A stretch of DNA of 64,000 nt from Minisyncoccota bacterium (GTDB taxonomy: Bacteria > Patescibacteriota > Minisyncoccia > UBA6257 > JAGOQP01). The notes beneath the pieces are model-generated. The model ran no database searches, had not been told where the DNA came from, and worked only from the letters and a program-made list of their open reading frames with translations. The DNA lies in assembly GCA_017991375.1 (NCBI GenBank), contig JAGOQP010000004.1, positions 6,499-70,498 on the forward strand, written 5' to 3'. The position numbers and the translations under genes are program-made. This document shows positions 57,021 through 64,000 of the stretch, one piece after another. Numbering within the stretch: the stretch's first letter is position 1; each line of letters starts with the position of its first letter.

Positions 57021-59429
57021 ATGAAAACTCTTTTGCTCATAGATGCCCATTCGCTGATTCACCGGTGTTTTCACGCTCTTCCTCCTCTTACCAACACCAA
57101 CAGAGAGCACGTCGGGGCACTCTATGGAGTTTCTAGTGTCCTGATCAAAATCATCACCCAAAAAAAACCTGACTATGCCGCCGCGCTTTTTGACCGACCG
57201 GAACCAACGTTCCGCAAAGAGAAATTCTCCGCGTATAAAGCGCACCGCCCTAAAGCGCCAGATGAACTCATATCTCAACTCATTCGCGCGCGCGAGCTTT
57301 TTGGAGCTTTTTCTATTCCCGTATTTGAAAAACCTGGGTTTGAGGGGGATGATCTTATCGGCACGCTTGCGACATCGCTTGGAAAAACCAAGGGGGTAAC
57401 CGCGGTCGTTCTCACGGGAGACCTTGATTCGCTCCAACTTGTTTCTGATGGTAATGTGATCGTTGAAACGTTCAAAAAGGGAATTTCCGATACTATAATC
57501 TACGACGAGGCGGCGGTGTTTGAGCGATACCACCTTACTCCATCACAACTTATTGACTACAAAGCGCTTGTTGGCGATCAATCGGATAACATACCCGGCG
57601 TTGCTGGGGTTGGACCTAAAACAGCCGTGACTCTTTTACAAAAATATTCAACACTCGACTTGTTCTTTAAAAATGGTCAAGGTGAATCTTTTTATGACAA
57701 GATTATCTCCCAAAAAGAGACGGCTATCCTTTCCCGAGAGCTTGCCACTATTGATTGTGCCGTTCCTCTGTCTGTCTCTCTTGACGATCTTATTTTTGAC
57801 CCCTCTTATGAACGAATAGCCACTTATTTTTCATCTCAGGGATTTTCAAGTTTACTGCGAAGAATTCCATCACCGCACCAATCGTCACCCGCTACTCAAT
57901 CGCCATCGCCAATCGCCACTATTAACACAAGAGATGTTGTTTTTTTGGATACACACGCAACCACACTACAACAAAACGAATATGCTTCATCCAAACTTAA
58001 GATTGGTTGGGATATAAAAGATATATATAAAGTAACCCCTTTTTGCCCTCCTTTTTTTGATATAAAAATTGCTCTTGATTTACTTGGAGTTGATACCACT
58101 GACTGGCGCGCGACGAGCGAACATCTTTTTAAACAACTACTCGAAAAGGAAGATTTTTTAATTCATTCATATGAATGGATAAAACAAAAACTAGAACATC
58201 ACCATCTCTCATCCCTTTATAACACCGTAGAGTTACCACTTATTCCTATTTTGGCACGCATGGAGATGCGTGGAATCGCTATCGACAACGCATCTCTTTC
58301 GCGCGTTTCGCACGAGATGGAACTCCAACTCTCTCGAGCACGGGAAGCGATTGCCTCTGAGGTGGGTCCGCATATTAACCCAAATTCACCCAAACAACTT
58401 CTTACTTACTTAAAAGAAGAACGCGGACTTCGTTTATCATCGACATCCGCCGAGGCAATTGAAAAAATAAAAGAAAAAAATCCTCTACCTCTTTTTGATA
58501 AACTTGCGGCTTATCGAGAGCTCTTTAAACTTAAAACGACCTATGTGGACGCGTTTTCCCGTCTTGTGTACAAAGACGGTCGCATACACCCTACCTTTTT
58601 ACAACTTGGGGCCGCTACCGGAAGAATGTCTTGTCAAAATCCCAATATCCAAAACATCCCCCAAGAGTCCACATGGTCTGCCCCCATTAGAAACGTCTTT
58701 GTGCCATCGCGTGGTTTTTCTCTTGTTTCTTTAGATTATTCACAAATAGAGCTCCGCGTTCTTGCTTCACTCTCTGGTGATCCCGATATGACGCGCGCGT
58801 TCACTGAAGGAAGAGACATTCACACCCTGACTGCATCAAAGATTTTTAATACACCACTTGAGGCCATCACTCCACACATGAGACGTCTTGCTAAAACGCT
58901 TAATTTTGGAATGATTTATGGCATGGGTGCTCGCGCTCTCGCGCACACCGCGCATATTCCACTTGCTCAAGCGAAGGAATTTATTGATCGTTACTTTGAT
59001 GAGTTTTCCACTATTAAACAGTGGCAGGGTGGTGTGTTGGAGGGTGCGCGCGCGCATGGTGTTGTTTCTAATATTAATGGGCGATTTAGATCACTGCCAC
59101 ACATTCACTCCCCAAACCGCTATCTTGCCGCCGAGGCCGAGCGTATGGCTATTAACATGCCAACCCAAAGTCTGGCCGCTGATATTCTCAAACTTGCCAT
59201 GATTTCAGTTGATGCCTACATCCAAAAAGACAATTTGGGTGATGTTGTTCGTTTGCTTCTTTCTATTCACGACGAGCTTGTCTTCGAGATACACCATTCA
59301 CTACTCAATAGTAGTAAGTCGAGCTCTGTTGTATGCGACCTGCAAGAAATTATGGAGCGCGCCTTTTCTCTTTCTGTGCCACTGCGCGTTGACGTGAAAA
59401 TGGGAATTCGTTGGGGAGAGATGGAATAA
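57021..59429 (+). CDS. polA: DNA polymerase I (5'-3' exonuclease + family A polymerase)
   Basis: The N-terminal 5'-nuclease has LLLIDAHSLIHRCFHA...GFEGDDLIG. Family A polymerase motifs are RRLAKTLNFGMIYG (motif B) and HDELVFE (motif C). The start was moved to MKTLLL. Confidence 0.85.
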   Translation: MKTLLLIDAHSLIHRCFHALPPLTNTNREHVGALYGVSSVLIKIITQKKPDYAAALFDRPEPTFRKEKFSAYKAHRPKAPDELISQLIRARELFGAFSIPVFEKPGFEGDDLIGTLATSLGKTKGVTAVVLTGDLDSLQLVSDGNVIVETFKKGISDTIIYDEAAVFERYHLTPSQLIDYKALVGDQSDNIPGVAGVGPKTAVTLLQKYSTLDLFFKNGQGESFYDKIISQKETAILSRELATIDCAVPLSVSLDDLIFDPSYERIATYFSSQGFSSLLRRIPSPHQSSPATQSPSPIATINTRDVVFLDTHATTLQQNEYASSKLKIGWDIKDIYKVTPFCPPFFDIKIALDLLGVDTTDWRATSEHLFKQLLEKEDFLIHSYEWIKQKLEHHHLSSLYNTVELPLIPILARMEMRGIAIDNASLSRVSHEMELQLSRAREAIASEVGPHINPNSPKQLLTYLKEERGLRLSSTSAEAIEKIKEKNPLPLFDKLAAYRELFKLKTTYVDAFSRLVYKDGRIHPTFLQLGAATGRMSCQNPNIQNIPQESTWSAPIRNVFVPSRGFSLVSLDYSQIELRVLASLSGDPDMTRAFTEGRDIHTLTASKIFNTPLEAITPHMRRLAKTLNFGMIYGMGARALAHTAHIPLAQAKEFIDRYFDEFSTIKQWQGGVLEGARAHGVVSNINGRFRSLPHIHSPNRYLAAEAERMAINMPTQSLAADILKLAMISVDAYIQKDNLGDVVRLLLSIHDELVFEIHHSLLNSSKSSSVVCDLQEIMERAFSLSVPLRVDVKMGIRWGEME

Positions 59430-59465
59430 AAATTCCCCTTACTGAACTCTGTCGCGGGGGAATTT

Positions 59466-59897
59466 TTATATTATATGTTTGATAACTATTTTTCTCTCTT
59501 TTCCTATTCCTTCGCTTTCTGTTTTTAAATCTGGATTCATAGCGAGCTCCGTGTGCACAATTCTTCGCTCATACGCATTCATTGGTGGGAGTGTAATACT
59601 CTCTTTTGTAGCGAGCGCTTTGCGTGCCGCCGCTTTTGCTAGTTTTATAATCAATTCCTCTCGTTCTTTTCTATAATTGTTCACATCCACAAACACCAGC
59701 GCGTCATCATGTTTTTTTGAAATCATTTTTGCCACGAAATCAAGATCAGAAACAAATTGCGGTAATAGTTTTATTAAAAACGGAGCGTCGTTTATAAAAA
59801 TAGAAAAGCGCCTTGATTCGTCTGTATATGAGACGGACACATCGGAAAACCCCATGTGTTTTATTAAATTAGTTAGAATCTCCTGTGTTTTTTTCAT
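59466..59897 (-). CDS. Jag/KhpB-like RNA-binding protein (KH + R3H domains)
   Basis: The C-terminal YERRIVH is the R3H motif. It sits in the conserved position downstream of yidC. Confidence 0.7.
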   Translation of the reverse strand: MKKTQEILTNLIKHMGFSDVSVSYTDESRRFSIFINDAPFLIKLLPQFVSDLDFVAKMISKKHDDALVFVDVNNYRKEREELIIKLAKAAARKALATKESITLPPMNAYERRIVHTELAMNPDLKTESEGIGKERKIVIKHII

Positions 59898-60606
59898 TGT
59901 CTTTGTTTATCTTTCTGTTTATTACTATCTGTTGTATAACCGAAAAAACAGATGTCGTCAACCAGTATATCGCGATAGCCGAAGGGAGGTTGTACAAAAT
60001 AACAATAGTCAGTAGCGGCCCTACAACCATCATTTGTTTTGACACTCGTTCTGTTGTTGAGAGCTCTTTTTTGGGATCGCGATTTTTTTTAGCCACACCA
60101 AACAACAACGCCGACTGAATATACTGCGCCACCGCGGCCATTACCACCAACACCACGCTTTTTTTGCTTAAATCAAATACTCCTAGAAAAGAGTAGTTTA
60201 TTACTGTGGGGTGGGCTATAAAAGTATATAATTTATCTAAAACGTCCTGGGAAAAACCCTTAAAAAAAACTTGGTATAACCCGATGAGAATGGGTAGTTG
60301 GATAAACAACAAAAGAAAGCCGGCAAAGGGATTTACTTTGTGCTCTTTGTACACATTCATTATTTCTTGTACTTGCTTCTCTTTGTTTTCTTTGTGTTCT
60401 TGTTGTATTTCTCTAATACGCGGCGCGATTTTTTGCATAATTGTCTGATCCTTCGCGCTTTTGTAAAACAGTGGCAGTAAAATTGTTCTAATGATCACCG
60501 TCACAATCACAATCGCGATTCCCAAATCTGCCCACGTATTGTTGTACACCAAAAACAGCAGGTTAAGTAACGGTCTGTATATTATTTCATTAAACAAAGC
60601 GATCAT
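59869..60606 (-). CDS. yidC: membrane protein insertase YidC (short form)
   Basis: 245 aa with 5 TM helices. The conserved TM2/TM3 region NPFAGFLLLFIQLPILIGLYQVF is present. Synteny rnpA-yidC-jag holds. Confidence 0.8.
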   Translation of the reverse strand: MIALFNEIIYRPLLNLLFLVYNNTWADLGIAIVIVTVIIRTILLPLFYKSAKDQTIMQKIAPRIREIQQEHKENKEKQVQEIMNVYKEHKVNPFAGFLLLFIQLPILIGLYQVFFKGFSQDVLDKLYTFIAHPTVINYSFLGVFDLSKKSVVLVVMAAVAQYIQSALLFGVAKKNRDPKKELSTTERVSKQMMVVGPLLTIVILYNLPSAIAIYWLTTSVFSVIQQIVINRKINKDNEKNTGDSN

Positions 60607-60941
60607 GATTGTTTTAGTAGTTTTACTACGTCTTTTTTTAATTCTTCTTTTGTTTTATGGGCGACTCCCGGCAGTGCCAGTATAACATACGCGCATTCTT
60701 TTTGTTCACATACTTTTTCCAGGCGTAGTGTTTCGTATACCACTCTTTTGATTCTATTTCTCTCTGTTGCGTTTTTTGCAACCTTCGTAGACACTACCAC
60801 CGCACACCCTCCTTTGGTTGTTTGGGTTTTATATTGTTTAATTAAAAAGAGCGACGAGCGTTTTGAGATTAGTTGTTTTTTTTCGCTCTCTGCCGCTCTT
60901 TTGAAAAACAGTGTTGTGAGTCGGTGTTTTTTCTTAAGCAT
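60603..60941 (-). CDS. rnpA: ribonuclease P protein component
   Basis: 112 aa, basic, with the RNR motif (ATERNRIKRVVYE). It lies directly downstream of rpmH. Confidence 0.75.
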   Translation of the reverse strand: MLKKKHRLTTLFFKRAAESEKKQLISKRSSLFLIKQYKTQTTKGGCAVVVSTKVAKNATERNRIKRVVYETLRLEKVCEQKECAYVILALPGVAHKTKEELKKDVVKLLKQS

Positions 60942-60953
60942 TTATCGCTGTTC

Positions 60954-61100
60954 TTACTTTTTTCTTCGCACCGCGAGCTTTTTTCGTCCCTTAGCTCGCC
61001 TACGCGAGAGCACTTTCCTTCCCGGGGCTGTTTTCATTCGTTTTAAGAACCCGTGTGTTTTTGATCTCTTTTTTTTCTTTGGTCTGTATGTTAATGACAT
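60954..61100 (-). CDS. rpmH: 50S ribosomal protein L34
   Basis: The minus strand was hand-translated as [48 protein letters not shown] (48 aa). It is not in the ORF track because it is below the size cut-off. This is the classic L34 sequence. Confidence 0.85.
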   Translation of the reverse strand: MSLTYRPKKKKRSKTHGFLKRMKTAPGRKVLSRRRAKGRKKLAVRRKK

Positions 61101-61169
61101 AGTTTTTTCATACTATCACCTTTTTTTCTGAATAACAACCTTTGGCGTGCTATTTGCGTCTCTCTTTAT

Positions 61170-61200
61170 TTTTTGTTATCCACACCTTATTCACACCCGC
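61170..61200. promoter_or_regulatory. DnaA boxes upstream of dnaA (rpmH-dnaA spacer)
   Basis: TTATCCACA is at 61176..61184 (perfect). TTATTCACA is at 61187..61195 (1 mismatch). Confidence 0.6.
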
Positions 61201-61314
61201 AACCTTGTTGCCACTTTTATTTGTTTCCTGTTTGGATTACAATACAAACGCTCCTGTTGTTTTTTATAAAAACCCGCATTATTACTATCTTATTTTTTAT
61301 ACCTTTTTTAAATC

Positions 61315-62688
61315 ATGGACCTTAAGAAGTTGTGGGAAAAGACGCTTTCTGAAATCGAGCTTCAAATTTCAAAGCCCAATTTTCTTACCTGGTTTAAAAA
61401 TAGTCGCCTAATCGAAAAAAACGACCAAACAAACGTTGTTACTATCGGGGTAGGAAATAATTTTGCTAAAGAGTGGATATCAAGTAAGTATAATAAGCTT
61501 ATTTTAGAGCTTTTAAGAGGAGCCGATGATTCTATTCATCATATAAACTATATTGTTTTTACTGAAAACGTTGAGCCCAAAATCTTTTCTCCACAAAAAG
61601 AATCCCCCGCTGTGCCTATTGGTCAGGGAGGATTTTCTGACTTTGCGGTAGATCCCGAGAGTAATCTCCATCCGCGATATACGTTTAAAAATTTTATTGT
61701 TGGTTCATCAAACGAACTAGCGTACGCGGCTTCTTGCGCTGTTGCTAAAGATGTTGGTAAAAGATATAACCCTCTTTTTATTTATGGAGGGACCGGTTTG
61801 GGTAAGACGCATCTTATTCAGGCAATTGGAAATGAAATTATAAAAGCGTTTAAAAATCGCGTTCGCGTTCGTTATATCCCATCTGAAAAATTTGTTAATG
61901 ATATCGTTTGGGCCATCAAGACAAAGCGCATGGAGGATATAAAGAACAAATACCGATCGGTTGATGTTCTTATTATTGATGATATTCAGTTTATCGGAGG
62001 AAAAGAGCGCAGCCAAGAGGAGTTTTTTCACACGTTTAACATGCTTCATCAAAACAATAAACAAATTATCATCTCATCTGATCGTCCTCCATCTCAAATA
62101 TCCACCCTTGAGGAACGTCTTAGATCTCGTTTTGAGGCGGGTATGACTGTTGATATTACCTATCCTGATTATGAGATGAAAATGGCTATTATTAAGAATA
62201 AAAGCCAGGAAAAAGGACTTTCCTTGTTAGATGACGTTGCCCATCTTATTGCCACAAAAATACAAAGAAACGTTAGGGAAATAGAGGGTATTATTAACAA
62301 GTTATATTTTTACAAAGAGTTTAAAAATGTTGATGTTTCAGTAAAAATTGCCGAAGATATTATAAGTGCCACGCTACAACAGACAATGGCAAATGTGAAT
62401 CCCGCCCATATTATCAAGTGCGTTGGTGATTTTTTTGAACTATCAAATAATGAATTAATAAATAAATCCCGTAGAAAAGAAGTTGTTGTTCCACGACAGG
62501 TTGCTATGTTTTTGCTTCGGGATATGTTGGGGATGTCTTATCCTGAAATTGGGGAAAAAATGGGGAAACGCGATCATACTACCGCTATACACTCTTACGA
62601 GAAGATAAGTAAAGAAATAGTGCATAATAAAAACCTTAACCAAAAAATTGTTCTTATTAAAGAATTAGTTAATAAAAACTCTTCTTAA
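61315..62688 (+). CDS. dnaA: chromosomal replication initiator DnaA
   Basis: The AAA+ domain has Walker A (GGTGLGKTHL) and Walker B (VLIIDDIQF). Sensor motifs and the C-terminal DNA-binding domain IV (VAMFLLRDMLGMSYPEIG...RDHTTAIHS) are present. Confidence 0.9.
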   Translation: MDLKKLWEKTLSEIELQISKPNFLTWFKNSRLIEKNDQTNVVTIGVGNNFAKEWISSKYNKLILELLRGADDSIHHINYIVFTENVEPKIFSPQKESPAVPIGQGGFSDFAVDPESNLHPRYTFKNFIVGSSNELAYAASCAVAKDVGKRYNPLFIYGGTGLGKTHLIQAIGNEIIKAFKNRVRVRYIPSEKFVNDIVWAIKTKRMEDIKNKYRSVDVLIIDDIQFIGGKERSQEEFFHTFNMLHQNNKQIIISSDRPPSQISTLEERLRSRFEAGMTVDITYPDYEMKMAIIKNKSQEKGLSLLDDVAHLIATKIQRNVREIEGIINKLYFYKEFKNVDVSVKIAEDIISATLQQTMANVNPAHIIKCVGDFFELSNNELINKSRRKEVVVPRQVAMFLLRDMLGMSYPEIGEKMGKRDHTTAIHSYEKISKEIVHNKNLNQKIVLIKELVNKNSS

Positions 62689-62827
62689 TTTTATTGCTTT
62701 TTATCCACACTCTTTTCCACATATTATTATTTAATTATCCTGTATATTTATTCGTTTATTTCTAGTTATTCCCATTATCCACACCTTCTATAACTACTAC
62801 TATATTTATATATAAGAACACATACAT
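62689..62827. promoter_or_regulatory. oriC-like dnaA-dnaN spacer with DnaA boxes and AT-rich unwinding region
   Basis: TTATCCACA occurs at 62701..62709 and 62775..62783 (both perfect). TTTTCCACA is at 62713..62721. The AT-rich tract tactatatttatatataag lies at 62795..62815. Confidence 0.6.
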
Positions 62828-63946
62828 ATGAATGTTATTATTTTAAAGAATAATTTAAAGGATGGTTTATGGGCTATCTCCGGAGCTCGAAAAGATTCCG
62901 GGCAGCTTCCTATTTTGAAGAACTTTCTACTTGAGACACGTGATGATAAATTATGCCTTTCTTCTACCGATTTAGAGTTAGGAGTTATTCATACTATATC
63001 TGCTAAAATTATAGAAAATGGCTCTGTAACAGTTCCTTTTTCCGTCTTTTTTCAGATAATCAATAATATTAGTAGCGAGCGGATTACTTTAGAGACAAAA
63101 GGAAATTCTTTATTTATAAACACTGACAATTACAAAGCAAAAATATCAATCGTTGCTCGTGATGAATTTCCTATTATCCCCCACCTTACTTCTGTTAACG
63201 CTTCCTTCTCATTTGATTCATCGCACATCACGGATGTTTTCTCTTCTGTTGTTCCCGCGTGTCATATTTCAGATCTACGCCCTGAGTTGAGTGGCGTTTT
63301 GTTTTCTTATAAAGATTCCATTCTTTTGTGTGCCGCGACCGATAGTTTTCGTCTTGCCGAGAAAACCGTGTATTCAAAAAAATACGAAACATCTTTTGAT
63401 GGTGATATTGCTGTTATTATTCCGCTTAAAACCGTTCTTGAAGTTATTAGGCTTTTTTCTCAAAAAACAGATTCGTCTATTACCGTTTCTTTTGATGAAC
63501 ACCAGGTTTTATTTGAAAACAATTCAACAAAACTTATATCTCGTCTTATAGAGGGAACGTTTCCTGATTATACCGCGTATATTCCAAAAGAATTTGAAAC
63601 AGAGGTTATTATTGATAGAGAAGATATAACCTCAGCGTTGAAGCTTACTAGCTCATTAACTAATCGACTTAATGAGATTCAATTTTTTACCGACGAACAC
63701 TTAAAAAACCTCACCGTGTTTTCTTCCAGTCAAGAATTTGGAGAGAATGAGTATCTTTTGTCGGCAAAAATTTCTGGATCACAAACTCGCGTTGCTTTTA
63801 ACTGGAAGTTTATTCTCGATGGTCTTAAAAACATAAAAACAAAAACAGTTTTTTTGGGTTTTAATGGCGAGCAAAAACCGAGCGTTATTAAATCACCAGA
63901 CGATCCTCTCTTTTTGTATATTATTATGCCGATTAAAAGTTCGTAG
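62828..63946 (+). CDS. dnaN: DNA polymerase III beta sliding clamp
   Basis: 372 aa. It begins MNVIILKNNLKDGL (compare MKFTV.R..L...L), has a three-domain repeat pattern, and lies directly after dnaA. Confidence 0.9.
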   Translation: MNVIILKNNLKDGLWAISGARKDSGQLPILKNFLLETRDDKLCLSSTDLELGVIHTISAKIIENGSVTVPFSVFFQIINNISSERITLETKGNSLFINTDNYKAKISIVARDEFPIIPHLTSVNASFSFDSSHITDVFSSVVPACHISDLRPELSGVLFSYKDSILLCAATDSFRLAEKTVYSKKYETSFDGDIAVIIPLKTVLEVIRLFSQKTDSSITVSFDEHQVLFENNSTKLISRLIEGTFPDYTAYIPKEFETEVIIDREDITSALKLTSSLTNRLNEIQFFTDEHLKNLTVFSSSQEFGENEYLLSAKISGSQTRVAFNWKFILDGLKNIKTKTVFLGFNGEQKPSVIKSPDDPLFLYIIMPIKSS

Positions 63947-63949
63947 TTT

Positions 63950-63983
63950 ATCACACACCCCCGCTCATGCGGGGGTGTGTGAT
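63950..63983. terminator. perfect 15-bp-stem hairpin after dnaN
   Basis: atcacacacccccgc-tcat-gcgggggtgtgtgat. There is no clear U-run on the plus strand (followed by aaaaa), so its function is uncertain. Confidence 0.3.
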
Positions 63984-64000
63984 AAAAACTAATTTGATAG

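Overview
This 64-kb window is low-GC (roughly 40%), compact and mostly minus-strand coding. The gene content points to a small-genome Patescibacteria/CPR-like bacterium: a minimal T4SS-like operon, a giant lamin-tail-domain nuclease, PG-binding surface proteins, and few biosynthetic genes. This lineage call is inference, not a database result.

The 3' end holds the chromosomal origin: rpmH-rnpA-yidC-jag on the minus strand, then dnaA-dnaN on the plus strand, with perfect TTATCCACA DnaA boxes in both flanking spacers.

Main blocks, in order:
- A surface-glycosylation module: partial SAM methyltransferase, DPM1-like GT2, O-antigen-ligase/TPR membrane protein, GT39 protein O-mannosyltransferase, and a Thr-rich secreted protein.
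- A GC-rich element bounded by 22-bp inverted repeats that encodes a small zinc-ribbon-like protein.
- A ~6.3-kb segment bracketed by three copies of a perfect 38-bp palindrome. It contains a 1552-aa secreted nuclease (PLC-like + SNase + 3 lamin-tail domains) and a solo wHTH-Cas2/VapD-like protein.
- Housekeeping genes: htrA, cysteine desulfurase, phosphomannomutase, ftsK, tatD, metG, M16 peptidase, ruvA, rpsT, rsmA, a UvrD-like helicase, comM/yifB and polA.
- A second, strongly GC-rich (>60%) ~0.9-kb island carrying a 207-aa gene of unknown function.
- A 13-gene minus-strand operon for a minimal Gram-positive-type T4SS-like apparatus. It has a VirB2-like pilin, a VirB3/PrgI-like protein, a split VirB4, a VirB6/TrbL-like protein and PG-binding and secreted accessory proteins, with an orphan histidine kinase immediately downstream.

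No rRNA, tRNA or CRISPR array could be supported. All calls rest on reading the ORF translations and the DNA by eye; no searches were run.
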